This document shows positions 39,041-51,666 of a stretch of 64,000 nucleotides of DNA, piece after piece. This DNA is from Heptranchias perlo (lineage: Eukaryota), in assembly GCF_035084215.1 (NCBI RefSeq), contig NC_090348.1:32860001-32924000 (forward strand), given 5' to 3'. The first letter of the stretch is position 1, and each line of letters opens with the position of its first letter. The position numbers and the translations under genes are program-made. The notes below the pieces were generated by a model. It ran no database searches. It was given only the letters and a program-made list of their open reading frames with translations, and was not told where the DNA came from.

Positions 39041-40599
39041 AGATGCTGTGACAGTATACCATAGTTTTGTGCATTATCTTTGGAACATGGGAGATTAGAA
39101 CTTTTATTAATGCTGCAAGAAACAACATTTGCATAAAATATGGTCTGAAACACATGCTGAAGGATTTTCAGAACCTTTATTCACAAATACCAGTTTCATC
39201 ATCTACAGTTTTCAACATCAGAAACAGAAAGCCAAACCTAGTTATAGAAATGACTTCTGGTACAAATGATAGAGCTGTCTTGTCAGAAAGTCAACACAAC
39301 ATCTTTAAAGCCGGAACCTTACTCTGCAATTATAGCTATAAATTAGAACAGGAGAACAGAAGGACACAGACATGATAGAAGATGGCAAACAAGAGGAGTA
39401 CAGCTAAAAATTAAGACATTCAACTTTGAAAGGAAACAGGCATAACGGAAGAAGACAAGCAGCAGGGGCGAGGCTGAAATTAAGATATGTAGTTTTGACA
39501 GACCCTTTAGCTAAATGTAAGCTAATATCATGAAAGTATTTAATGCCAAGGATACATAAGAGTGATGACCAAAATGGTGCATGCCTGTTATGCTATTTAC
39601 TTTTAAAATTATAGGTCTAATGTTTTTGGAATTCTTCATAAATCTAAGATCCCTGAGACAGAATACTGGACAGCCTTCTATAAGCAAAAGGATCTGGCTT
39701 GTCAAGTTGATCATAATTAGAAAGCCTAACAACACTTTGTACCATTTAATCTGTGTTGTAAATAGTTTCACAAAATCAAAGCTTTGAGCAAGTTTATTCA
39801 CTGGTTATAGGTATGCGCATAATATATTTACAATTTGCACATATACAGCCATCTCTTCATACAGTTTGTCCATGACTTGTATATGCATGCGGGTGCAATT
39901 GTTATATAAACACAGGTGTGATCTGCACTCTTGTTTAGCTCTGTGGCCTGCCCCTACATAGAGGCAACAAAACTACACAAATAAAATATAGAAAGGAGAC
40001 GGTTTACCCCCGAGCCAAATTCCACTCCCATTCACATGCTCTTTGTACATCCGCAGTATTGACCTGGGAGACTAAATCTAAATTGGTTAACACAGCAGAT
40101 TTTTTTTTCAGTCCAATCAATGTCAAGAGAAGACTCAACCATTGACGACACGAGTAGAAATTTGGCTGAAATGTCAATATTTCATAAAACAAATAATTAG
40201 AAGATAAACCTTGTTGTAATGCCAGTTCTGCGCCTATTAATGGCTCCAGTTCAGATGTGTACAAAAGTAATTTTGGTTTTAAAGGGGCACTGTCTTCATT
40301 AAGACGATGCTTGCCGTTTTTCTTGTTTATGAAATAGCTACAGTCAGAAGAACCCTGCGACATTTTGGTCGCAATGGGAAAAATTTCCTCTGTGCACCAT
40401 GCAACACAATCATAAAGAAAGGGTTTGTTCTCATTATACAGAGTGCATAAAATAAATATTACCTGAATGAGATCATTTACAATGAACAGGATAAAACATT
40501 CAATTTGATTTGTCATTGTGTTGTGTATTTGGAAGTAAATGAAGAAATAGTTAGCGAATACTTTTTGATGAAATGTACTTTTAAAGTCAGTCAGTAATG

Positions 40600-41070
40600 C
40601 TCACAAGAGAGAGTAGGAATTAATGGTAGTTTCTCAGAGTAGTTGGGTAGCGGCATCCCACAGGTTTCTGTTTTGGAACCTCTTTTATTCAATGTGTACA
40701 TCAATGATTTATATATAGGATTAAAGGGAGTGGTGTCCAAATTTGCACATGATATTAAAATATGAGGCATAGTAAATAACATTGAGCACCAAAGGAAGCT
40801 GCAAGGGGATATTGAGAAGTTAGTGGAAGAGGCAAAAAAGCAGCAGATGGAATTCAATATCAGTAAATGGGAGGTGGTACGTTTTGTTAAAAACAAATAT
40901 TTTGAAATGGGGAATTCTGCATGATGTGGAAGAGCAGAGGAATTTAGGGGCTCAAGCTCAAAAGACATTAGAAGCAGCACTTCGAGTGAATAAGGCTTTA
41001 AACAACAAGCTAATGGAATATTGGGTTTTATGGCAAGAAGTATAGAATATAAAAGTCAAGGTGTAGTGGT
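40600..41070 (+). mobile_element. Old CR1 RT remnant
   Basis: RVGINGSFS..SGIPQVSVLEPLLFNVYINDL..VSKFAHDIK..QMEFNISK..ANGILGFMARSIEYKS. Confidence 0.8.
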
Positions 41071-41231
41071 GAATTTCTCCCAACTCTTTCCTCATCGCCC
41101 TGTATATTTTTACTTTTCAAGTATTTATCCAATTCTCTTTCGAAAGTTGCTATTGAATCTGCTTCCACCACCCTTTCAGGTAGACATCTTTGACATTCTG
41201 AACCTATGAAAGAGGGAGATGGAGCCTCACT

Positions 41232-41375
41232 TTAACATGGCATTTGAAGGACCGCATTTTTAATATTGCAATGCTCCCTCAGTGCTGCACAGGAGTGATA
41301 ACCTAGATTACATGTACTCAAATCCTGGAGTGGGGTCTTGAATCTCCAACCTCCTAATGCAGAGGTGAGAATGAC
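41232..41375 (-). mobile_element. SacSINE1-like SINE 5' fragment
   Basis: ctccctcagtgctgcac..tactcaaatcctggagtggggtcttgaa resembles 38920-39020. Confidence 0.65.
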
Positions 41376-42590
41376 CAGTGCTGGGAGCTCCAAGAGCAAG
41401 TAAACCGGCCAAGACTGAATCAAATAACCCAAAGACTACCAACTGAATCAAGCTAACACATGCCCTTTTAAAGGTAGGCGACCAGAACTGCAGCATTCCA
41501 AATGTTGCTTCAACAATGATACATCCAGTGGTATGAAAAAGCTTTTTGATTTATAGTCAAATTACCCTCAAGCTCCTATTAGTATTTGGTCAGTGAAACT
41601 GAATGAATATTCACCCCCAAAACTTTTTAATTTGCACAGTTGCTAACATCTTCCCGGTCATTATAAAGACATGTTTCTTTTTCACCATGCGCAGCTCCTT
41701 ACAACTAACCATCTGTCTTTCCTCAACCATTTGATGGAACTCAGTTGGTGTGACTCATAGCTTCAAATGATTTGATTAGTGTTTTCTTTAAAAAAGCTCA
41801 ACATAGTTCTTTTGTCATTTGAAAAATAGCAGAACATGTTTGCATTTGGATGGAAATGAACTTCAACTCTAAATTTTTTCAAGTGTAAACAAGAACAGTT
41901 AAACTTTTTTGGCACGTGTCACTTTCAAAACAATGTTCTAAAAGGCTTGAATAGTTTCAAAGCAAGATACTAATGAACTGGGTATGGGCTGGTTAAGAAA
42001 CAGAAACAGTTGACTTTATTTGTGTGTGTTTTGGTTGTGTCTGCTATTATTGGACCTTTGTTCCATCCAAGAAGTTTGAACTGAGACTTTCTTCTCAATG
42101 TTTGAAGTGCTGTTTTTGTGTTGTAGATGCTGAGTTCTATACATCAGTTTGTGTGTTTGGTTTTCATCACCTCTTAGTGTTATGATTTCTTTAGCTGCAG
42201 GAGTAAGTGTGCTTGTGTTACTTAGTAGGTTTGAGATGTGTCTCTGTTGGGTGTCATTACATTCTTTATACATGATGATGCTTTGTATATTTCCTTTTGT
42301 GCTGAGGTTTGCATTATTTGTGCCTGGATCACATTATTCCCATTTCACTTTTGCATGAGATATTTAAGCACTGAGTGATTTGCAGGCTGCCAGTTGGCTT
42401 GTACAGCTGCGTTTGTTATCACTGCCTTGAAAACATTTGCTATTTTGTTTGAAGTCTTTGGTTGTTTTTTTATACCAGTTTGTCCAGCATTTGGCTTTTG
42501 TTCATTGATCATTATGTGATCATTTCATGTATTGAAGAGTGGCCTTGTATTGTATCCTTGTTTGTCATAGTCGTGTGATTTATAAATGCG

Positions 42591-42707
42591 AAGGGTTCGA
42601 GGATTTCATTTCCACATTCACCTGAGGAAGGAGGAAGCCTCCGAAAGCTTGTGAATTTCAAATAAAATTGCTGGACTATAACTTGGTGTTGTAAAATTGT
42701 TTACAAT
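42591..42707 (+). mobile_element. Short Penelope pseudo-LTR copy (family of 30069-30291)
   Basis: 42613-42707 is nearly identical to 30163-30257. Confidence 0.88.
42616..42656 (+). ncRNA. Minimal type-I hammerhead ribozyme motif
   Basis: attcac-CTGAGGA-a-GGAGG-aag-CCTCC-GAAA-gc-TT-gtgaat; perfect 6-bp stem I. Confidence 0.75.
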
Positions 42708-43059
42708 AAGTCTTTTGAACATTTTGTATGCAGTCTCAGTCTATCCAGATACTATTGTTTATTTTCCCCATATCTCACAGGTTCTAGCCATGAGAAGTCT
42801 TCATGTACTGTTCCATGCTGTGTTTGTGATACATACTTTGTTTTTAGTTTATCATTCCAATTGTGTGTTGGAAAAAATATTCGTAAATGCAGAGTGACAA
42901 TAAAGGATACGATTTGACATTGAAGCTTTCTTCTTGTTTCAGTTTATTTTGTGTTTCAACTTTCTCCCTTTCCCTCTTCTCCTGAAGACGCTGACTCCAT
43001 GGTAGTCGTGTGTTGGTGGGGGAGGGGGGGCGGTGGAGGGATATAGGTCAATAAGCAAG

Positions 43060-43260
43060 GGTAACTATTCTTCTATGAGCTTTGACAGTGGATGTCCTGA
43101 AGCTATTTTACCATGGAAGGCATCACACCGTGCCTGATCCTGTCCTCAGCAGAAGTCCATACAGATATACTGCCATCAGGAGCAAGAACCTAATCTTTCC
43201 TCCTGTGGCCCTAAGGCTAATTGTGGCATCTCTAACACTGCTCTGGCTAAGATGTGCATG
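43060..43260 (-). mobile_element. AmnSINE2-like ancient SINE fragment
   Basis: ggcatcacaccgtgcctgatcctgtcctca..atcaggagcaagaacc..ggctaattgtggc resembles the recalled consensus in reverse. Confidence 0.5.
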
Positions 43261-43584
43261 GATTGTAGATCTAGCTATTCACCGGGTAAAAGTGCTAAGA
43301 CATCAGGGGAGCTTCAGTTAATTTTCTGCTCTTATAATGTTGCTGGTTCTAGTGGCTTTTGTCTGCTATTATGACAAATGGACAGTGATTCCACTTGAAA
43401 TGTCAGACTATGATTTGTAGAGTTCTTCAAATGATGTAGATTCATGGCCTGTCCTTTATTATTAATGAGAAAATGAATTGTATAATATTTTTCAATCTCA
43501 CTTTGGCATCTTAACTCTACTAACCTTTTCAGGTTTTTTTTGCAACATTTCTATTGGGAAATTGCTCAGTATATTGTCGTCATA

Positions 43585-43586
<2 letters not shown>

Positions 43587-43622
<36 letters not shown>

Positions 43623-43633
43623 GGGGGGGGGGG
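43587..43633 (+). repeat. (TG)17 microsatellite followed by a G11 run
   Basis: Read directly. Confidence 0.95.
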
Positions 43634-43739
43634 TTTCAGTTTTGAGGCAGCAGAAATTTGCCAGCATTTTGTTCTATCACCATTTGAAACCCTCTTGTGA
43701 TCTGACATGTTATTGACAGGCCTTAGTTGCTCGTCTTCA

Positions 43740-44110
43740 CTCATGTGTTGAACTTGATTCTGTACTGGGCCACAAGGGAGACATTCAAGTCCTAGAGGCT
43801 GCGTGGAGAAGAGTCAGGAGGCTGATCTCCAGCAGCAGAGGATTGAGGCATGAGGAAACACTGAAAAAAGGCTATTCGGCTTGTTAAAGAGACATCCACG
43901 GAGGTATATATGACAGTAAATAATATAGAAAATAAATCTGGAATACAACTTAAACTGTGACATTGGGACAAGGGATTACAGGTTAAAACTAGTGAAAGGT
44001 AAATTTGTGATTGATGTCAGGAGGTTTTTTTTTAATATACAAAGAGTGATCAAAACATAGGGGGTACTGAAAAAAAACCCAGACTCATTAAAAAGAGCAG
44101 TTGGATATAT
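43740..44110 (+). mobile_element. Old CR1 ORF2 3' remnant
   Basis: DIQVLEAAWRRVRRLI..GL.HEE.L..TRDYRLKLVKGKF..DVRRFFF..RVI. Confidence 0.65.
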
Positions 44111-44128
44111 GTTTTAGGGGAAGTGTAT

Positions 44129-44285
44129 AGGGTAAATTTTCTACTTCATGCTTCTGGTGCAGAGCCTCGCCCATTGGGAGCACAATTTTCCATCTGATTT
44201 AATGGGTGACAAATTATGATTTACCAATCTGCGCTCTGGTGGGTGAGGCTCTATGCTGGGAATGAGCAGGTTAAAAATTCACCCT
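44129..44285. mobile_element. Short foldback MITE
   Basis: TIRs agggtaaatttt / aaaattcaccct; inner arms agagcctcgccca / tgggtgaggctct; TSD not resolved. Confidence 0.7.
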
Positions 44286-44385
44286 TTGTTCCTTCTGGGT
44301 GAATGGGCTGGTCGAGCTGCCTTTATCTGTTCCTTGTGTAATATGTTCTGAGCTGTTTTTGTTGAGGCTGTGGCTCAGTGGTAGG

Positions 44386-44560
44386 ACACTTGTCTCTGAG
44401 TCAGAAGATTGTGGGTTCAAGCACCACTTCAGGGACTTGAGTATAATCCAGGCTGACACTTCAGTGCATTTCTGAGGGAGTACTGCATTGTCAGAGGTAC
44501 CATCTTTCGGATGAGACGTTAAACCGGTCTGTCCCCTCGGGTGGATGTAAAAGATCCCAT
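44386..44560 (+). mobile_element. SacSINE1-like SINE 5' half
   Basis: gtggctcagtggtag..tctgagtcagaag..gggttcaagc..tctttcggatgagacgttaaacc..ggatgtaaaagatcccat. Confidence 0.85.
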
Positions 44561-44603
44561 GTGGCTGTCATCCTTGTAGGAGCCAGTGGCAACCACATTC
44601 AAT

Positions 44604-45000
44604 AGGGGCAATTTTCAACTGCCGGCTGCCCCAAATTGGGCAAGGAACACCTGGTGGGGGCTAGATGTACCCATTTGCACATCTGAATCACTTTTCAGGC
44701 AGGTCTATAAATGGATGCACAACATTCCCACCCAAAACAGGTGGGAGGCTGTTTAAATATGCAATCCAGGGTTCTACGACTGTGATAGAACCCTGGATTG
44801 CAATTTTCAAGGCGAAATGGGCGGAGCATGCATGATGCATACTAGTCCCGCTTTCGCCAGGCGTTGAGAGGCCTAACCATCGGTCCATAAAGGCACCGCT
44901 GTAGGCCTCTCTTAAAAAGGTAAGTTTTTTGTTCTTTTCTAAGATTTTTGTGGGGCTAGGAGGAAGAATGCTCTTTCAAGCCCCCCCAAAATTTTTCAGC
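44604..45000. mobile_element. Partial Harbinger-type MITE with an internal perfect hairpin
   Basis: Starts ggggcaattttcaac (TIR-like); hairpin at 44760-44802; tgtggggctaggagga motif; right end not found. Confidence 0.55.
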
Positions 45001-46869
45001 CTCCTGCCAGCCCATTCTCATTACCCTTGTGAACTCTATCTAACTTTATAGCAAGAACAAACTAAAATCCCTTCTGAACCAAATGGATAAAAATCTCAAA
45101 ATGTTAATATAGGTCTTCATAACATATTCTGTTTATTGCATGCATTTGATACTAATTAGGTAAAGAGCTGAATTTTGATTTTAATGGTATGTAATATTCA
45201 TTTACAGATAGAGGATTAATATCACTGCAACTTCAAAGTACTTTTTAAAGAACAACTACTTCTATTGATTGACTTATGATGTCATCTCCATGAAATAAGA
45301 TCATAAGAATATTTGTGGAATTGGCAGTAGAACTTAAGAATCTGTAGGAACAAGAAAAAACAATTAGGCCCAATAAAGTGGCCCTTTTTGCTGGATCTCA
45401 ACCCAATTTACTTGCCTTCTCACTAAATCCCTCAATCCCTTCTCTCATCAGACACACATCCAATTGCTTCTTAAACCCATCATACTATCAGCTTCAATGG
45501 GGTTTCCTGATAAATTGTTCATTAAGGTTATTAACTTTTGGGTGGAAAATTTTCCACCTGACTTCCCTTCTTACTCTTAAGCTCCTCGTTGTTAATCTGT
45601 GGCCCCAGAATTTGAGTTCTTCACTTCAGTGAATAATTTGCTTGGAACAAATGAAGGCCTGAAAAATCAGAAGAACTAAACTAAAGAACTATGGGCTATT
45701 GTGTGCAAGAGTTAGTACATTCTTATAAACTGATATATTTGAAAATTGAATAACTTAAAGGTGACAGAACTGTGTTAGCAAACAAATAACTTCAGCACGA
45801 AACGAAAAAGAAGTTTCAGGAGCCTAAGCACTTTAAGACTTTGCTTTTAAAATTTTAAATCACTAGTCGAATGTGGCATTATAGAGAAATAAATGGAATT
45901 GTTGAGGAGCCTGGGAACTATCTGGTGCTGAATAAGAGGGCAAAATGTTAAACTGTGTGTTTCAATTCTAAAACAATCGTATCGCAAAGAAAATGAAACA
46001 GTTTAAAAGCATTATATGCCTGCATCTTCCCCATTCCCTTCTTTACACCATGTACAACACTTGAAGCTCCTCAAATCAAGAAAGGGATTTGCAGCCATAG
46101 ACAATGCACGCCAGGAGACTTTTTGTGATGCCTTTAAGGTCACCGCCATTCAGAACGTATAAAAGAATCAATCTGGAAGGATTAAAGTTCCCTATTTCAA
46201 TGTAAATCTGCACTAAAATAAAGTCACCAGAGATAGCCATTTTGACACCTTACAGACATTCCTATTGAATTTCACCCTGTTTGCAGTCTTCTGTTTTTCA
46301 AGATCAACCTTGAGACCTTATTTTTACTTTGACTGTGAAAACAGAACTCTTTCTCTAACTAATGGGCTTGTTTTTGGGGTTACAAAAGTTTTTTTTTAAA
46401 AAAAGGAAGCCCTATTAAAACATATTTTCCAAATTATGTATTACTCAGTTAGACTCGCAAGGATTGCAAAAATGACAAAATAAATGTATCAAGTACATAT
46501 TTGTTTCAAAGTGAAAAACAGTTTGTCTTTGCTAAAGTAGGAAAAAAAAAGTTCTGAACAAGTGAGAAAAATTCTGACATGAGGAGAAATTACTAACTGA
46601 GTATTCATCCATATTTACTGTCTTTGAGGATCCGTATCCCTCCCAAAATAGATTAACAAACCTTAGTAAAAAGAGGAATAATGATTTGTGCTTGATTAAG
46701 GCTTATTAATAGCCAACCATGGAAAACAATTACACAGCACTGGAGATTCTTCTGAAAGGAAGTGTCTTATGCCAAGTTGAACCTACATTAGTCAGTAAAG
46801 ATTTTGAAGTATCTGCACAGCATTCACAGAAATGTATAGCACAGAGGAGTTTTCTATCCCATGATAGCT

Positions 46870-47520
46870 ATTGCCAGGGTTCTCTTAGTGGAAGAGGAGG
46901 AGAGGGTGACCCAGGAGTACAGAAGGCATGTGAATCACACGAGGAACTATCCCAGGCCATGATTCTATCACAACAAAGTCAGCAACCCTGGGCATAATCT
47001 AAGATCTGTGCCCAATGGTGTTGAGGCTCAGCAGGGAAGCTGTATCTGAGGTGTGCTATCTGGATCCAAGAAGATCTGCAGATATAGTCAACCATGGACA
47101 TTGCACTTGCAGTATGAGTGAAGGTCACCACTGCCCTTAACTTTTTTATACCGAGACAAACTTCCAAATTGCAGACTTCCCCAAGGTATAGAGCATTACT
47201 GGCACTGCATGTAGATATTTATGCAACTACCATGAAACTTATGGCATAACTAAAAGAATGGGCTAATATCCCATCAATGTGTAAATGGTACACAACTACT
47301 GTCAGAAAATAGCATTTGGGATGCTAAAACATCACTTCAGGTGTTTTGACCAGTCTGAGAGAGGCATGGTTGGGGGCGTTGGTGGTGGTGGGTGGGGTGC
47401 AGTAGGGCTTACAATATGCCTGAGAGGATGTCAGCAAAATTATAGAAGTATATTGTCATGGACAAATCCCTCACCATGGACTTGGATGAAGAGCAGATAA
47501 AGGAGTGGAAGGCCAAGAGG
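46870..47520 (+). pseudogene. Decayed PIF/Harbinger (HARBI1-like) transposase
   Basis: LRLSREAVSEVCYL/IQEDLQ..IALAV*VKVTTALNF/Y..NFQ (47021-47176), then IAFGMLKHHFRCFDQS (~47309-47356) and LQYA*EDVSKII; the central DDE region is largely missing. Confidence 0.75.
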
Positions 47521-47789
47521 AACATATTGCACATGTGTCCAGCCGTTACATGAGGATTTCATTGTCAGTATTTTCCAGTGAGTTCTACAGTTGGCTGCTG
47601 CTTTCCAGTAATGTTTAGGTCTTACCTTGGTGCAATTTTTTAAATCATGTAATTTTTCCCCCTCATTTCCTCCTTAGTCTTAAAGTCTGTGTTTAGCATT
47701 TGGATGATACAGTCCTAACAACAAGAGCAATGACAAAAAGAATATACAGTTCTATACTGGCCTTAATGTAGCAAAATGCCCCATAGTTT

Positions 47790-48600
47790 TCTCGGTTGAG
47801 GATCAGACCCAAGCAGGAGTAAGAGGAGAAGTTAGGGAGCGTGGTCAAAGAGGTAGATTTTAAGGTGGGGAGAGATGTAGCAAGGTGGAGGGGTTCAGGG
47901 AGATAGTTGTAGAATGTGCAGCAAGATGGTTGAAGGTCCTGCCGCTGATGGTAGAATGGAGGGAAAGGGAAAATGCACAGTAGAACAGTGTTGGAAGAGG
48001 GTGTGTGCAGAGGCATAGAGGCTAGAGGAGTTTGCAAAGATAGCGAGGTGCAAAGCCATGGAGGGATATGTAGATCAGGATTAGGATTTTGAAGTCAATG
48101 TGCTGAGGGTCTGTGAGTCAATGCAAGTCAGCAAGGACAGGCATGGCAGGTGAACAGGAATTTATGTGGGATAGGATGCGAGTGGGGAAACTCCAGATGA
48201 GTTGGAGTTTGTGTAGGGTGGAGTTCAGGAGACTGAGGGACAATGTGTTGGAAAAGTCAAGTCAGGAGGTGATAAATGAGTATTTCAATAGAAATGGCGA
48301 TTAGGTAGAGACAGAGGTAAATTATATCAGAGAGATAGAAGTAGGGGACCTAGATGGTGGACTTGATGTAAGGTTTGAGCTCAGTTCATGGTTAAGCAGG
48401 ACACCAAGATTGTGTATTGTCAGACTGAGCTTGAATGGGAATCCAGGAGTTCCTGGCAGGGACCAAACAAGATGACTTCAGTTTTGTCATTGTTGAGATG
48501 CAAAAATGTTCTGGCTCAACTATGACCTAATGTCAGACAGCACAGCTAAGTTGTGGAATCAAAGGGAGGTAAAGTTAGGTATCATTGGCAAACATATGAA
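47790..48600 (-). mobile_element. Old L2 fragment
   Basis: ggtcaaagaggtagattttaag..ggattaggattttgaagtcaatg..gcaagtcagcaaggacagg parallels 16780-17200. Confidence 0.7.
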
Positions 48601-51600
48601 AACTGATCCTATGTTTATGTTTCCATTAAATCCATGCATATTTTCTGCATATCTGGGCCCTTGCTCACCGAAAAAGGTCGCACAACATTCCATTAAACCA
48701 CATCATCAATTGAAATAGATACTTTCTTCTTTTTTCTAGCCTTAAGTCAGTCACTAACACAATTGTGCACTCCACACCTGGATTAATTTGGAGATTTATG
48801 CTACCAAAGTGGCTTTTTAGTTGCTTAAGGGATTATTATTGCAGTTATGTTATGAGTGGCTAATTTTTACTGCTAACAAAATCTTTCATGTTTTCACTAG
48901 CAGTTTGTCATTCGCGAAAAAAATCGCCTCATGTTTTTCAAGAGGAATTTTGTCTCCTTTGAAACATATAAAATGGGGCTTCTGATGAGAACTGTATTGA
49001 AGTGATACTTTGCTAACTTACTAATAATTTTACTAGCTACATTAACACACTTTGAATATTTATGCTTCCACTAGTTGATCTCCTGTTGTGTTGTGTACAG
49101 GCAGGTTGCAACCAAGTGTAGTCTCCAGTTGAAATGAGTTGGAGGTCCTAAAATAATTGGAGCAGGATGTGCAGATGTAATTCAGTCCCAATTTCAAAAC
49201 CACATATTCTGTTCTTATTTTTCTAGAATAGCCTGAGTTTATATTGTTACTTATAGTTAAATAACAAAACCCAGGGCAACATGAGGACTAGAGAAGTAGA
49301 GTTGGTTGGAGCATACAGATTCTCTGCAGTACAGGCTGAGGAGCTGAGAGATCGTAAACTGAAGATGCTACAATGCCACCACTGGTAGGAAGGTGTAATT
49401 ACAGCATGACAAGTTTACATAGGTAGTTTCCATTATAAATTTGGACCTAGGAATATCAAAAAAGTTGACACAAAGAAATGACAAAAACAAATATCCCTCA
49501 TTATTATTTATATTTCTTCCAATGTATATGTTCTTCCATGCCACACACCCAAATGGGTAGCCAGTTAGCAGGTTTTGGACAATGCCATTTTGTGACCAGC
49601 TACTAAAAGGTGCCTAAAAGTAGACCAGTGTGACTCATCCATTGATTTTGCTTCTATTCCTGGAGGGAAGCACCGAGCCTTTCATAGTGTTTTTTAGTTA
49701 TGATACTATAGCTAAGATTGGGAACTCAGCATGTATGGGACATAAAATACGTACTTCCATTTTGAGCCACAATGAACACCACAAAATTTGAAAACACTTA
49801 TTAAAAAAAAAATTAGACATTGGAAATATGGTGTTTGTGAGGAAGCATAGGTGGGATTGTATATTGTGCCTATCTATGACAGAGCAAGCTCTTCAAAAAC
49901 ACAGCCCAGAATTTGAAGAACATTTTCAACATGACATATTATTCTGGTCATCATAATCTTATTTGTCTCTTGCAAAAGTTGGTCCCAAGAGCTTCGTGCT
50001 GAATGGTTTATGTTTTGCTATTTTTGCAGCAAACTGGTTTTCCATTGATGATTTATTGTCGGCAAAATAAAAGTGTTTGTGTCACTCCCCATCTACAACA
50101 AAAAATATGTATAAATGATGTGAACAGAATGACTACTATTATTCACATCATTACTGTGTCACATTGGTAGCATGCTTTCCCCCAAACACAAATTATCTCA
50201 ACATTGCAGGCAGCTTGTACACTAAAAGGTCATCCCGTTAGATACAATGAAGAACACCCTGTTACGAAGAGCAGTAGGCAATCAAGAAATGACACACCAG
50301 TTTCAATTAGTGAAGGTGTGCCCCCTACTGTTGGCATTGCTGCTGCAATCACCAACCTTGCTCCGTGTGGATATGTCAGGATACCCTGCAAAAGCTGACC
50401 AAGCTAAATAATGCTGTTCGTGGGAACAGCAGCTAGAATTTCTGAAAAGCACAGAAAAAAAATTAAAGTTGAATGGTTGAGAATGGAGCTGTAATTATAG
50501 TAAGAGAACTTGCTTTTGCTTCAGCCGAGTTTCAGATCTACACCAGCTCAGGGTGTTCAAACTGATTTCTCATGTTCAGCTCAAAACCATTTTAGGAAGT
50601 TCAATATTACATCTAAAGCCGCAATATTTTTAATCCACAATAAGTACCTTTTGTAAGAAATAATGGATTTCAATCTATTTTGATTTCCAGATATTTAAAT
50701 AGAAATATTTCTTGAATTGGTTTTGTTACAATCATTAGTTACTAATCTCACTCCTGTTAATCATGATGTCATTGACTTTACATGATGGATCAGAGGCATC
50801 ATTCATTTACATTTTTTAAATAATGGAGCTCAGTCACACAATCTGGATTTCTGCAGTGATCACAACGTGTAGAACGAAGGAAATTTCATTTTTACATTTG
50901 CCGCAGGATCAACTAGTGTTATAAAAATATAGTAGATGCGTAGGGGTGATTTCAAGACAGAGAGCTCATCTCAGGTTGTAAATCTCCGAGTTTTGCTCTC
51001 ATGGTTTATAAAGGAAAATTTAGGGATACATTCCAGGAATGGAGCTATGCTAGACATGAGCATGAGTTGGAATTAGAGCTATAACACGGTAGCTAATTCT
51101 ATGACTCATGTTTCTGTGCAATTTAATTAAATTTGCCCTATCACATCATATCAAACTGTTGATGAGAGTCTTGCCTTTTACTCCGTTTCAGGCCTCTGTA
51201 TTTCTCTATTTAGCTTTTGCACGTTATATAGCTAACGTTAATGTAGCATTAAAATTGATCACATTGGTGAAGATTTTTCTCTCTAATCAAATTGTAAATG
51301 TGGGCTTTCTGCTTGTGTTCGTAATTTTGCCACAAAGAGTGAACAGAGGAAAATTTTCCCACCTCAGTGTATTTATTGCATTTTCTGTTTTGTTAGTACA
51401 TCTTACCTATAAAAGGTCCAATTTGTATTTTGTGTTTATTTGCCTTTCATATTTTGGGTTCCTCTATGTCACTACTAATCACTAGAGAACAGACAACTCA
51501 CCTGTTCCCAGGTCTTTGCCAGAACTGTTCGCTAACTTCAAGAGGTGCATGATTTGATGGGATATGTAAATCCTTTGAACTGAAGAAAGGAGTTGGATGG

Positions 51601-51666
51601 TACCATGTCCTTGGTCCATATCGTTGCACAGGAAACAAAACAGCATGAAAAATAAAACATTTAAAA

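Larger units (their letters stand above)
42010..42940 (-). mobile_element. Ancient Penelope (Poseidon-type) relic
   Basis: Minus strand is A/C-rich and retains GIY-YIG-like fragments (TNKDTI, AGQTG.K, KWE, QRHI); heavily decayed. Confidence 0.45.

Noticed and set aside
44386-44450. tRNA gene
   Set aside because: A/B boxes run straight into SINE body; no complete cloverleaf. The same applies at 26783 and 38980-39040.
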